Virus record (IMG/VR): IMGVR_UViG_3300025389_000011
Direction: 5' to 3' (one strand)
Length of the DNA: 64,000 nucleotides
Origin: a virus
Taxonomy: Duplodnaviria > Caudoviricetes
Positions 27,943-37,999 of the stretch are shown piece after piece. Below the pieces are notes generated by a model, which saw nothing but the letters and a program-made list of their open reading frames with translations, made no database searches and was not told the DNA's origin. How positions within the stretch are numbered: the first letter of the stretch is position 1; every line of letters begins with the position of its first letter. Both the position numbers and the translations under genes were made by a program.

Positions 27943-29190
27943 TTATCTACTGCCAAAGTTTTGACGGCTAAAGCCCATTCTGTCTACATATTTGTATCCG
28001 TTAGCAACAAAGCCTTCTTGTCCTTTAGTACCATCATCTAATGAACCCTGTACTGGGCTGGCTTCTGCGGCTTTGTTTAGTTGATTTAATATCTCAGTTT
28101 TTAACTGATACACAGCAATCCATATATGCATCAATGCATCTACGCCGGCTTTGTTTGCAGGAATATGTCCTGGATATTCTTTTCCTGTTTTCTTGTCAGT
28201 ATAACCTGTTAATAGTTTTTGTTTCATTGGACCTGTTAATGGTCTTGACTCAATGAAGTCATAAAAACCCTGTGTTAAATTATTCAAGTTACCATCACGT
28301 ATTTTCTTATTAAAATAAACACCAATTAAGTTGTTTGCAAATGTGCTAGGATTAATTCCCAAGTAACTTGTGTCTAACAGTTTATCTAATGCAGGGCCAT
28401 ACTTGGCCAATTCTGATTTAAGATGTGCTATTTCAGCTTTAGGAACTTGAATCTTAGGTGTTTGTGGCATTTTGCTAGGTAATATAGCAACATCAGAATT
28501 ATTCTTTAATCCACCTAACTCACCATTTAATGATACTGCTAAATCGGTAGCATGTACTTTTTCCCCTGCGGCTGTCATTTGTGTTGCTTTTTCTGCGGCA
28601 TCAGCTTGAATATACTGATGTACTGCAATACCTGCAGTTTTTCCTGCTAACTCATGCCCAATTTCACTATTTGCTTGTACTGTGTATGTAATGCCGTTTG
28701 GATTGGCTTTGAAAATGTATAAACCATTTTGGTCTTTTAATGGCTGACTAAACAATAAGTCACCCCAATAATATCCCTTTGTGCCTTTACTTGACTTTTC
28801 TAAGCCAGGCCATATTGTTGGAATAATAGATGCCAACCCACTACGCTCGACACCACGTGCTTTATCGTATTCAATAAATTGTTCAGGGCTATAAATTGCA
28901 CGACCTGAACCATCAGGCTTATTAAACATATGCTTGTCGCTGATACTAAACTTACCATTAGTACCATGACCAAATATCAATGCAGGATATCCGTCCCACT
29001 TAATAGTAGCAGTTTGTGGCTTTTTAATAGTAGCCTCTACGGATTTTAATGCATCTTGTACACCTGCAGTGCCTTGCAAGTATACGCTGTCTTCTAAGTG
29101 AGGGGCATGTCCGCCTGTAAAGGCTTCATTGATAACTGATAGGCTATCAATCTTAGCTTTAAGAATTGCTAATGATTCTGATAGATTCAT
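27943..29190 (-). CDS. Conserved T4-like-phage protein (DUF6267-like), start corrected to MNLSES
   Basis: H..HLED, TIKWDGYPAL.FG, G.EG.V...KYVDR..FS motifs. Confidence 0.65.
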   Translation of the reverse strand: MNLSESLAILKAKIDSLSVINEAFTGGHAPHLEDSVYLQGTAGVQDALKSVEATIKKPQTATIKWDGYPALIFGHGTNGKFSISDKHMFNKPDGSGRAIYSPEQFIEYDKARGVERSGLASIIPTIWPGLEKSSKGTKGYYWGDLLFSQPLKDQNGLYIFKANPNGITYTVQANSEIGHELAGKTAGIAVHQYIQADAAEKATQMTAAGEKVHATDLAVSLNGELGGLKNNSDVAILPSKMPQTPKIQVPKAEIAHLKSELAKYGPALDKLLDTSYLGINPSTFANNLIGVYFNKKIRDGNLNNLTQGFYDFIESRPLTGPMKQKLLTGYTDKKTGKEYPGHIPANKAGVDALMHIWIAVYQLKTEILNQLNKAAEASPVQGSLDDGTKGQEGFVANGYKYVDRMGFSRQNFGSR

Positions 29191-29191
29191 G

Positions 29192-30832
29192 TTATGCCGC
29201 CGTTTTTTTAGTTCTAGTTTTCTTAGGCTTTGCAGTTTTAGCAAAATCTATTTTACTATCTAAATCTTTTGCCTTGTTAGGATTTGTAGCACTTGATGTA
29301 TGACGTACGCCAGTACCTGTAGGCGTTGATGTTCCACCTGTGCTAGATTTCTTCTGACCCATTGTGTCTAATTGTCTTGCCATATTACCAAATGCACTAG
29401 GTGCTTCTGGTTCTTGCTCTGGTTCTTGTTTAGCGGGTGCAGAACTAACTCCTAAACTCTTTTCAATATACTTTAATATACGTTGCTTACCCTTTTTATC
29501 TAATTTAGATAACAATGGCAATGCTTGTTTATATGCAGTTTGTTGTTTTGCAGGTGTAGCAGTTGCAGTTGGTTCTGTTGTGGGTGCGCTGGTTCCAGCA
29601 GACGCTGTTGGTTGAGCCACAGCAGATGTACTAACTGGTTCTGTTGATGTTGTTTGTTCTGGTTCAGCTTTACCTAATCCCTGTTGGACGCCAGCCTTGA
29701 TTGCATCCAATGCACTTTGTGGTTGTGCAGTAGCATTTGCTGGTTCTTTTCCATTGCCTTGACTATAACTTGTTGCAAATGCTAACTCAGCCATTTTACT
29801 CAACGGTGCTTTAATGTTTGGATAACTCTTTTGTACCTCGTCAGCTAACGCTTTCATTTGCGATAATGCTTGTGGATCACTTACTTTACCGCCCATGTAT
29901 TGCTTAAACATATTTTGCAAATATTGACTGATAGTTTGTTTTGCTGGTTGTTCCCCGGCTTCAACTATAGATTCAAACAATGCATCAAGTTTATAGAATT
30001 TACTTTCTTTCATTGATGCTTGAATATTTTGTGTGGCAGCTTGTTGCAATCTCATGCGTTTTTGTGCGGGTGTTTCTGCTTGCGGTGCAACTGGCTTAGG
30101 AGTCATGGTTGCTTGTGCATTTTGTGCGGCGACTCCTTGTTTTTTCTGTCTGATATTAGCTGATTGTTTTTGTACCTGGTCTGCTGGTAGTTTACTGAAC
30201 GGTGCCATTTGACCTTGTGCATTTTGTGTAGCAACACCTTGTTTTTTCTGTCTAATATTAGTTGACTGCACTTGTGCTTGATTTGTAGGTAATTTACTAA
30301 ATGGCGCCATTTGACTTTGTGCAGTTTGTGCCGCGGCGTTTTGTTTTTGTTGTCTTTTGTTAGCTATTTGTGTTTGTGTTTGGTTAGCTGGTAATTTACT
30401 AAACGGAACAGCTTCTTTATCTATATTTTGTTGTGCGGCTTTTTGTAATCTAATGCGTTTTTGTTCTGGTGTTTCTGGTTCAGCTTGTGCTGGTTGTGCG
30501 TTAGTATTAGCGTTAGGCTGTGTTGCATTAGGACTAGCATTGTTTTGATTAGCCTGCGGACTAGTGTTAGCAGGGGTAGTTGATTGTGCGGGTTGTGTAC
30601 CTGCTTTGGGATCTACCAGTCCACTTTTAATTGCGCTATTTAAGTTTGTATTTGCTCTACCAATAAAATCTGCTATAAATTTTTGTTTAGCCATTTTATC
30701 TTTAATAGATAATTGGCCCTCAGGATTACCTGTAATTCTGTTGCCAATTTGTTTAACGGCGGCAGAACCATAGTCACCTAGTACATGACTTAAGTTGACT
30801 TCATCAACTTGTTTAAATTCGTTTAGTTTCAC
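29192..30832 (-). CDS. Q/A/P/T-rich low-complexity protein with 34-aa repeats, probable internal head protein
   Basis: MKLNEFKQVDE N-terminus; PFSKLP repeats. Confidence 0.7.
   Translation of the reverse strand: MKLNEFKQVDEVNLSHVLGDYGSAAVKQIGNRITGNPEGQLSIKDKMAKQKFIADFIGRANTNLNSAIKSGLVDPKAGTQPAQSTTPANTSPQANQNNASPNATQPNANTNAQPAQAEPETPEQKRIRLQKAAQQNIDKEAVPFSKLPANQTQTQIANKRQQKQNAAAQTAQSQMAPFSKLPTNQAQVQSTNIRQKKQGVATQNAQGQMAPFSKLPADQVQKQSANIRQKKQGVAAQNAQATMTPKPVAPQAETPAQKRMRLQQAATQNIQASMKESKFYKLDALFESIVEAGEQPAKQTISQYLQNMFKQYMGGKVSDPQALSQMKALADEVQKSYPNIKAPLSKMAELAFATSYSQGNGKEPANATAQPQSALDAIKAGVQQGLGKAEPEQTTSTEPVSTSAVAQPTASAGTSAPTTEPTATATPAKQQTAYKQALPLLSKLDKKGKQRILKYIEKSLGVSSAPAKQEPEQEPEAPSAFGNMARQLDTMGQKKSSTGGTSTPTGTGVRHTSSATNPNKAKDLDSKIDFAKTAKPKKTRTKKTAA
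30105..30410. repeat. Three degenerate tandem repeats of 102 bp (34 aa)
   Basis: TTTACT anchor at 30191, 30293 and 30395. Confidence 0.85.
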
Positions 30833-31067
30833 GATTTTTCCTCAATGATTTGGAAAACTTAGTTTGATCCTTGCTTTTAATTGCACCTAAAAGTTTTCTT
30901 TCAAGCATTTGAGCCTCTTCTTCGGTATAATGTTTATTAATTAACTCAACTAAGTTAATTGCACTAGTAATTATACTGTGGGCTCTACTCTCAATAACAT
31001 GTGATGTATCACGGTTATTTCCAAGTTCTTCCAGTTCCTGCAATAGTGAGCGGGTTTGTCTTTGCAT
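30813..31067 (-). CDS. Hypothetical protein (84 aa)
   Basis: ORF with late box and SD AGGA. Confidence 0.65.
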   Translation of the reverse strand: MQRQTRSLLQELEELGNNRDTSHVIESRAHSIITSAINLVELINKHYTEEEAQMLERKLLGAIKSKDQTKFSKSLRKNRETKRI

Positions 31068-31112
31068 TTTATTTAGATTTCCTAATAGTATTTATGCTAG
31101 GACCCACATTAT

Positions 31113-32567
31113 CTATTTCTTTAATGAATTGAGTAACGATTTTAATTTTGAACCCTGTACATCTGCTACAATGTGTTTAGTGACTGGTTCCAGTATTTCA
31201 CCTGTCGCTTGGTTAATGATAGGTTGCGTTGCAACTAATGTCGCTTGAGGTTTAATTATGTTCATTAGTTCATTTGGACTAGGTTGTTGATTTGGACGAT
31301 AATTACTTTCATCTTCACCAGGATCAGTAATACGCATTGTTTCAATGTTGTACTCTAAGTCAATCTTTTGTCCAACACCTGTTGAACTACGACTTTTCAT
31401 ACATTGAATTTGATATTTACCACGTTCACGCATACTACGACTTGTAAAGATACCAAACACATTATCCGCAGTATTAATCTTACTGATACCACCTGCAATA
31501 TGACTATGGTCAAATTCGATTTCTTCAACTGCACTACGATTCAACTGACTTGCAGTTACCATGAGAATTCCAAGTTCTTTTGATAAATTACGCAATTCTT
31601 CACTAACGTATTTGTCTTTGATAAACTGGTCGTTAGGATTAACTTTAACACTTACAGGCATAACCAAATCTAAGTAATCAACCATAACAAAATCAATTTT
31701 GATACCAGTTTGAATCTGCACTTCTTTTAGATAGCTACGAATATCATTTACAGTACTTTGCGCAGGTAATCCTTTCACTCTATATGAGCCTGATTTTTTA
31801 CCTGCCATTTTAACTTTTAATTCAGTTACTTCAATATCTTTGCGAATATCACGGGTACTCATGCTAGTTAACATAGCATCTGTTCTAAGACTAGTTAATT
31901 CTTCACTCAATTCTAAACTGATATAAACACCACTAAGTCCCTTTTGTAACCAATTCAACGCAATATTCATCATAACCAATGATTTACCTGAACCACTACC
32001 ACCTGCAAAGATATTCAATTCTCCACGACTGAAACCACCATATAGTAGTTTATCCATTTGTGGCCAGCCTGTGCTGACTTGTCCACCTGCATTAAAATAC
32101 TTGTTGATACGTGTTTTAGGGTCTGCAAAATAATCTGTACCCATGTCTTTTTGTAGACTGATTTGTACAGCATCTTTAATCATTTTCTCAATAGGGCCAT
32201 AATCACCACGTTTATCCAACATGTCAGCCGCTTTAAGAATCGCACGTTCTAATTCTTGTCGTTTAGTGAATTGTTCAAAGTTATCTAGGAACCACTCAAA
32301 ATGTCCTTCGTTTAGATTTTCAATGGGCTGAATATCAATACCCGTCAGTGCCTTAATCTGTGCAGGGTCTGGTAATACTTTATATTTGTCTGTGTGTTCT
32401 TTGAACATTTCCGCTACTGGACGCAATGACTTATCAAAGTTTTCACTATTCATAATGTTCATGACCCGAGTATATAACTCAGCATTTGTCAACATCATGG
32501 ACAAGAAAAACTGTTGCGTTGCAGTATTATATTCTATTTGTTCTTTAGAATCCGTTTTGTTTGCCAA
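31113..32567 (-). CDS. gp41: Replicative DnaB-like helicase
   Basis: Walker A GGSGSGKS, VDYLDL, TASQLNR, GGISK..TAD. Confidence 0.93.
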   Translation of the reverse strand: MANKTDSKEQIEYNTATQQFFLSMMLTNAELYTRVMNIMNSENFDKSLRPVAEMFKEHTDKYKVLPDPAQIKALTGIDIQPIENLNEGHFEWFLDNFEQFTKRQELERAILKAADMLDKRGDYGPIEKMIKDAVQISLQKDMGTDYFADPKTRINKYFNAGGQVSTGWPQMDKLLYGGFSRGELNIFAGGSGSGKSLVMMNIALNWLQKGLSGVYISLELSEELTSLRTDAMLTSMSTRDIRKDIEVTELKVKMAGKKSGSYRVKGLPAQSTVNDIRSYLKEVQIQTGIKIDFVMVDYLDLVMPVSVKVNPNDQFIKDKYVSEELRNLSKELGILMVTASQLNRSAVEEIEFDHSHIAGGISKINTADNVFGIFTSRSMRERGKYQIQCMKSRSSTGVGQKIDLEYNIETMRITDPGEDESNYRPNQQPSPNELMNIIKPQATLVATQPIINQATGEILEPVTKHIVADVQGSKLKSLLNSLKK

Positions 32568-33522
32568 TTTTTTTCCTCTGTATTTCTATCTTGATTTTAC
32601 TACTTGTTGCACTCTGAAGTATACTAAGTAGGGTACTTAGTTTTCCATACTTTACTACAGCATCATTTACATCTTTTACATCACTTTCCCAATTGGGAAT
32701 ACTAACTTGATATCCCAATTCTAGTGCCCTGTCACAACTTTCAAGTCCTGTTTTGTCTCTATCGGGAACAAAAATAATTCGTTTGTTCAATTGACTTAAT
32801 AACAATGCTTGGTCATCGTTAATTGTGTTGTGTGTTAACGCACATGCATTCAAACTTAATGCGTCAAAAATACCTTCTACCAGTAAACATACTTCCCATT
32901 CAGGTTTTTGAAAATCATAACCAAAAACGTAACCAGGCTGTTGTTCATTAATATATTTAGGTATCTTGTTGTCTAAAAATCTGCTTGTGTGACCTACAAT
33001 TTTGTTTTTGTAAGTATAGGGAATAATGATACGATTACTCATTCTTCCTGATTCATTGGGAGTAACCATGAAAGGATAATCATTACTATCTATTCCCCTA
33101 GCAGTTAGATAATCTACGTACACTTTATGATTTGGGTTATTACTATCTAACAACTCACCATCAGGTAATGTGTGGTCATTGAATTTAATTTTTACACGTT
33201 TTGCCTTAGGCTGTAGTAAGTCTAGTAAGTCTTTATGCTGTAGGCTTTCCAAACTCCAACGTTGAATTTGGCTATCATCAATACCGCACCATGTTAGCAG
33301 ATTACGTGTCTTTGCGCTAATCTGACGCCCTAATACAAAATTACATTTGTATCCGCAATTGAAACAATGCATAGACCAGTTATTGCCATCAAACTTAACT
33401 CCGCCACGCATTCTTCGGTCAGCTTTGTGACCAAAATGGCTACAACAAACTGCATTAAAGCTAGTCCAACCACTACTAGTTTGTTTCTTTTTGCCCGGAA
33501 GAATTGATAATATATCAAACAT
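32545..33522 (-). CDS. gp61: DNA primase
   Basis: Zn-binding CC.H...HCFNC; Toprim EGIFDA and DRD. Confidence 0.9.
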   Translation of the reverse strand: MFDILSILPGKKKQTSSGWTSFNAVCCSHFGHKADRRMRGGVKFDGNNWSMHCFNCGYKCNFVLGRQISAKTRNLLTWCGIDDSQIQRWSLESLQHKDLLDLLQPKAKRVKIKFNDHTLPDGELLDSNNPNHKVYVDYLTARGIDSNDYPFMVTPNESGRMSNRIIIPYTYKNKIVGHTSRFLDNKIPKYINEQQPGYVFGYDFQKPEWEVCLLVEGIFDALSLNACALTHNTINDDQALLLSQLNKRIIFVPDRDKTGLESCDRALELGYQVSIPNWESDVKDVNDAVVKYGKLSTLLSILQSATSSKIKIEIQRKKIGKQNGF

Positions 33523-33570
33523 TCATACAGTATAACACTATTGTCACAACAAATCAACTGTTGTGGATAG

Positions 33571-34347
33571 TTATCTAGTTAATATGTTGCCCACTGCACC
33601 TGAATTGCTGATGAATTCCATGCGTATATATGGATGATATCCTTGAATGATATAACCTACAGTTTGCGTTACATTTGATACTTCTTCAGTAGTAACGATA
33701 TCATACCAATCACCATCTACCACTGCACTACCTTGAATGGTTGTGTTTCCGTAATATTCAATGTAATTGGTTTGAATTGTTAGTACAGGATTATCATTGG
33801 TGTCTAACACACTAGAATAATAGGTTAGATTAGATTCACCGTTACTATTCATATATGCTTGACTATTAGGGAACATTTGCGATGTGGGGATAGTCAATTG
33901 ATATGATGGAACAAAATTGGGTAACACACTATTCACGATATTCATAACACCACGTGCCCCTGCATTTTGGTCTACAAACACAGGGAAATCAAAATCTCCA
34001 ACTGGAATTTCTAGACTATAATATGCTTTCTGTGGTATAATATCTTCAATAGTTGCGGCATTAAGTATTAATGCACAAATGCCATTAGCTGGTAATTGTG
34101 GTACCAGTGTAGCTGACACTAATACTTCTGTACCTGCATTGTTAAGAATTCTGCACGTAATATCGATACCAGTGATATCGATAGGTTTTTGTTCCTGATT
34201 CAGGAATTGGAACTGAATCTGATTATCGACTCCCTTGTGCAATGTTAATGGTTTTGCATAGACTGGCATATAACTCCTTGGTGAATTGCCTGACAATAGC
34301 ACAACAATATTGCGTTGAATATAATAAAATACGGCTGTTGAATACAC
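33571..34347 (-). CDS. Hypothetical beta-rich protein, probably structural (GTG start)
   Basis: Late box CTAAATAC and SD AGGAG. Confidence 0.6.
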   Translation of the reverse strand: MYSTAVFYYIQRNIVVLLSGNSPRSYMPVYAKPLTLHKGVDNQIQFQFLNQEQKPIDITGIDITCRILNNAGTEVLVSATLVPQLPANGICALILNAATIEDIIPQKAYYSLEIPVGDFDFPVFVDQNAGARGVMNIVNSVLPNFVPSYQLTIPTSQMFPNSQAYMNSNGESNLTYYSSVLDTNDNPVLTIQTNYIEYYGNTTIQGSAVVDGDWYDIVTTEEVSNVTQTVGYIIQGYHPYIRMEFISNSGAVGNILTR

Positions 34348-34428
34348 AAATGTAGGCTCCTATAACGTATTTAGTCTTTGAAATTTTTATTTAATTAACT
34401 TTGGTTACCCAGTAATAAATAGAGTAGT

Positions 34429-34815
34429 ATGACTTTACAACAACAAGAATTTTTTAGAAGATTAACAGATAACCATCCCTTTATCACAGTATGTTCGTAT
34501 GCAGGCCAAGATTATGTTGGCATAATACAAAATCGTGATGAGATGGTTACTACCATTTATGATTACGGTTCTATATTAGAATCGTCGGTCAAAGAAAAGT
34601 TTTTAGAATTAGGAGATGTTTGGTGGTGGGAAAGTAATAGACTTATACCCATTAATTTATTCTTAAAGAATGAATGGGCACCCTTTAAAGATTATCTAAG
34701 AACGTTCAATAACAAAAGTCTAGTTATCATTCACGGCCCCATTACTAGTTTGAATGAACTTAGCAAACGCCGTAGTAAACGCAAAAGCATTACATTAGTT
34801 AGGAAAGTTCCTTAA
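34429..34815 (+). CDS. Hypothetical protein (128 aa), divergent late gene
   Basis: ORF track; ATAAATA 7 nt upstream. Confidence 0.7.
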   Translation: MTLQQQEFFRRLTDNHPFITVCSYAGQDYVGIIQNRDEMVTTIYDYGSILESSVKEKFLELGDVWWWESNRLIPINLFLKNEWAPFKDYLRTFNNKSLVIIHGPITSLNELSKRRSKRKSITLVRKVP

Positions 34816-35371
34816 GTAAATTCATGTGAACTACTACTAAATGTGCATACGCTATAGCATGTGCTTTCTTAAACACATACCCATCATCGTTCTTATCCCA
34901 AACAGTTTTATTCACTTCACTCCATGTCTTACCGATTAAATGTTTTTTACCCGGTCTAATAACTGCTAAAAACATTGCCAATCGCGGAATACTATCAATC
35001 GGTTCAGGCATTTTTTGCATGTTATAGAACTGACCATTCAAGTGAATTAATTTTTCAACAAATGCGCTGTCTTTAAGTTTAGACCAGTCAGGCTCATTCA
35101 TTAACTCAATTAAATGTTTTTCATCACGAACCTTCTCGTAAACGTGTACATTCAATATATCTAGTTTAAAATAACCACGCTTGTCAGCCTCTGTGTAATC
35201 AATACTTGCCATATCATTGATTGGATCATATGGCACAGGAGTAACATAAACGCCACTGGCATGTTTGCGAATAGGATTAACATTACGCATACTTGCAGAT
35301 GTATGTTTAATAAGACTTAGTAATTTTTCTCTATCACCAAAGTCAATGTCAATATCACTATTAATTTTCAT
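34799..35371 (-). CDS. Miniature DNA polymerase III alpha (DnaE / C-family) catalytic-core homologue, 190 aa
   Basis: DIDIDF, KHASG, FKLDIL, LAVIRPG, FKKAHAIAY motifs in DnaE order. Confidence 0.85.
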   Translation of the reverse strand: MKINSDIDIDFGDREKLLSLIKHTSASMRNVNPIRKHASGVYVTPVPYDPINDMASIDYTEADKRGYFKLDILNVHVYEKVRDEKHLIELMNEPDWSKLKDSAFVEKLIHLNGQFYNMQKMPEPIDSIPRLAMFLAVIRPGKKHLIGKTWSEVNKTVWDKNDDGYVFKKAHAIAYAHLVVVHMNLLKELS

Positions 35372-35790
35372 TTTTTAAGATAGTCCAATACTCTAAGAAT
35401 TCTATCCGGATTGTCGGCTAATGCACCTATGCCCCTATTACAATCGTGACATAACCAACCTCTAAATAATCCTGTTACATGGTCATGGTCACAACACCAT
35501 GAACCTGATTTTCTACCACCTCTACCACGAACTTCTATTTCTGGTCGTAAACAGATAGGGCAACAGTAGTCAGGGGGTATCGGTGGTGCAGACTCTCTAG
35601 CAAGTTTCCTAGATGCCATGATTTTTTTGTTGCACTCTTTACATTCACCACGACCATAACTAGCACCATTGGCTTTGCCATAAGCACTTAATGGTAATTC
35701 TTTTTTACACTTAGTACAGGGTTTTGTTTTTTCTGTTTGTGTTTCTATTTTTTCTGTTGAACCCCCAAAATCAAACAACGATTCGGTCAT
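35368..35790 (-). CDS. Endonuclease VII-like (His-Me finger) nuclease
   Basis: CPIC...CCDHDH.TG..RG.LC..CNRGIG. Confidence 0.85.
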   Translation of the reverse strand: MTESLFDFGGSTEKIETQTEKTKPCTKCKKELPLSAYGKANGASYGRGECKECNKKIMASRKLARESAPPIPPDYCCPICLRPEIEVRGRGGRKSGSWCCDHDHVTGLFRGWLCHDCNRGIGALADNPDRILRVLDYLKK

Positions 35791-36341
35791 ACTGCTAATC
35801 CTGCTTTTATTAATTTCATATATGCACGTTGTACAACAATTGCTTGATGTTCAGCGTCATCAACTGCCTTGTGACTTGTCACGTGTTTTTCATCCTTAAG
35901 ACTAACGCCCGCTACTTCATACAATGTACGTGTGTCACGCATAGTCCAAAAGGGCCATGGTATGGGGTTTGGCTTGTCACTAGTTTGACGCCATGCATTT
36001 TCCATAACTACCAAGTCAAAAGGTGCTCCGTTACTCCATACTGCACGACGGTTCCAACAAAACTTATATAGAATGTCCATACAATCTTTGAATGACATTC
36101 TATCACGGTCACCCATAGCTTCTTCAATTGCCTCAGCACTTTGCTCACCCCACCAACGTAGGGTGTCATCGTTGATACTACGATTGTATATCTCAGTTTG
36201 ATCTTCAATTGTAGGGCGCAATTCTAATCGTTCTACAACACCCTGACCTTTAGGGTCAAAACGTACGGCACCGATAGTTAAGATAACACAGTTAGGTGTT
36301 GTATCTAAACTTTCAATGTCTATCATAATATCGTTTGCCAT
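35787..36341 (-). CDS. DEDDh 3'-5' exonuclease (Rv2179c-like)
   Basis: MIDIES, W.NG..FD, RD.RT, H.A.DDA. Confidence 0.85.
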   Translation of the reverse strand: MANDIMIDIESLDTTPNCVILTIGAVRFDPKGQGVVERLELRPTIEDQTEIYNRSINDDTLRWWGEQSAEAIEEAMGDRDRMSFKDCMDILYKFCWNRRAVWSNGAPFDLVVMENAWRQTSDKPNPIPWPFWTMRDTRTLYEVAGVSLKDEKHVTSHKAVDDAEHQAIVVQRAYMKLIKAGLAV

Positions 36342-36350
36342 AATTATCCT

Positions 36351-36623
36351 TTAATTTTTCCACATCTCATACATGGTTATGTATTTGTCTTCCCACAATT
36401 CTATTGTAACACACCCTGATATAAATTGAAAGTCCCAACCACTACCACGTTCACCGAAATTTCTACGACACCATTTAATAAGTTGATTTGGGTCTTCTTT
36501 GCGCTTCTCACAGTCACGTACATATACTGTTTTATTTCCTGATTTGTATGTATGTTCTTTGTCAGGTGTGTTATACCTAAGACTATTAATAGGTATTAAT
36601 TTAGGTAGAGGTTGTATTGCCAT
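36351..36623 (-). CDS. Small hypothetical protein (W-rich paralogue family)
   Basis: LIKWCRRNFG...GW motif. Confidence 0.65.
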   Translation of the reverse strand: MAIQPLPKLIPINSLRYNTPDKEHTYKSGNKTVYVRDCEKRKEDPNQLIKWCRRNFGERGSGWDFQFISGCVTIELWEDKYITMYEMWKN

Positions 36624-36626
36624 AAG

Positions 36627-37277
36627 CTATTGTAACATGAGGTCATTAACAAAGTCAACTAAAAGGGTATAATGCTTTCCTTCATGCCATTTGTTTTCTA
36701 TATACTGCCAGGGTTTTTCATACCAATACTTTTGACTTTCAGGGTGACAGCCTATAATGCCAATGCGATTTTGCATGATAGCCATTGGGTCGCCATTACT
36801 ATAACGTGCAATTGTTTTGAATTTAGTTTCGTCACCCACTAATGCACAACCATCATAAAAGTACATATCTTGTTGTGTACCTTTCCAATCTACACTTGCA
36901 GTAGTACCATAACTACGTTTGATATCTGCTGTAGGACGTTTAATGTACTGTACAGCATCAACACCATCAAGTATGTCAAAGTATTGACTACCAGCCCAAT
37001 ATGCGCCCATGCATATACCCAAATATCGTCCACCATTGGTTACAAAATCAGCAATATAATTTTCTGTTTTACGTCTAAAAAACTTATCATAACTATCTGA
37101 ATCACCTATACCGCCGGGAAATGCAACAATATCAATACCATCTAACAAATTATTATTGATATCTTTTGTTCCAAATGTTTTAATGTCGTAATTATTACCT
37201 AATGCCAACGTCATACCATTCACGCAGTCTTGCGAACATTCAGGGTGATTTAAGAATAATGCTATTTTGGGTTTCAT
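36627..37277 (-). CDS. Class I glutamine-amidotransferase-like (BPL_N-like) protein
   Basis: PGG.G, GGRYLGICMGAY nucleophile elbow, HPE. Confidence 0.8.
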   Translation of the reverse strand: MKPKIALFLNHPECSQDCVNGMTLALGNNYDIKTFGTKDINNNLLDGIDIVAFPGGIGDSDSYDKFFRRKTENYIADFVTNGGRYLGICMGAYWAGSQYFDILDGVDAVQYIKRPTADIKRSYGTTASVDWKGTQQDMYFYDGCALVGDETKFKTIARYSNGDPMAIMQNRIGIIGCHPESQKYWYEKPWQYIENKWHEGKHYTLLVDFVNDLMLQ

Positions 37278-37278
37278 T

Positions 37279-37506
37279 TTATTGCCATGTTAGTGTGAAC
37301 ATGATATAGTCACGTTCGTATCTGAATTTGAATTGTATTGTATCATCAATAATACGCCAACGTGCATGTCTTTCGGGCTTGCCCATGTTGGTGTACAACC
37401 AGTTAATCATTTCGGGAAACTTGCCTGGCGAAAAGTTTATTACTACTTTATGCCAATGTTTGTCATCGTCCCATTCTTTTGATGGATCATAGTTTTCAAA
37501 TATCAT
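37279..37506 (-). CDS. Small hypothetical protein (W-rich family)
   Basis: EMINWL...G....RW...FKFRYERD..MF.L.W. Confidence 0.7.
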   Translation of the reverse strand: MIFENYDPSKEWDDDKHWHKVVINFSPGKFPEMINWLYTNMGKPERHARWRIIDDTIQFKFRYERDYIMFTLTWQ

Positions 37507-37784
37507 TGGAACTTTAATAGAAAAACCAAATATAATTTTTCATCCATTATTTTATATCCATCGGTGATATTTCCGTTAACCATGTTCATTTTAATACCAT
37601 AGTATTTTTCTAAATAATCTTCAAACTCATAGGCATCAAACTCTTGACTACCCTTTTGTTCTAGGTATTCTTTGCGTACAAGTTTAAGTGCATTCCAATA
37701 GTCCCATCGATTTTTGCGACGGTCTATTTCTGGATCGTCATCATCATAATCTTGAAAGGGTTTTATTGTAGCCATAAATTTCAT
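37503..37784 (-). CDS. Small hypothetical protein (W-rich family, divergent)
   Basis: C-terminal DEKLYLVFLLKF; coupled overlaps. Confidence 0.65.
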   Translation of the reverse strand: MKFMATIKPFQDYDDDDPEIDRRKNRWDYWNALKLVRKEYLEQKGSQEFDAYEFEDYLEKYYGIKMNMVNGNITDGYKIMDEKLYLVFLLKFQ

Positions 37785-37999
37785 CTAGAAAATTTGATTG
37801 CAAAGAATGTAGCATATTTATCTTCTTCTAAAGTAAGATACCATTTCTTACTCACCATTCCCGGGTCCCATTCATGTTTAGCTATCCAACCTTGTCCACC
37901 TATACTATTGTGCAAATAGTGTAGGCGTGGTCCTATTGTTTTAGCAAGCCATTGTTCTTGCTCACCAGTGAGTCCTTCAGGTAAAGGTATGCGTATCAT
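37781..37999 (-). CDS. Small hypothetical protein (W-rich family)
   Basis: QWL...IG...GW...EDKYATFFAIKFS; start likely MIRIP. Confidence 0.65.
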   Translation of the reverse strand: MIRIPLPEGLTGEQEQWLAKTIGPRLHYLHNSIGGQGWIAKHEWDPGMVSKKWYLTLEEDKYATFFAIKFSR

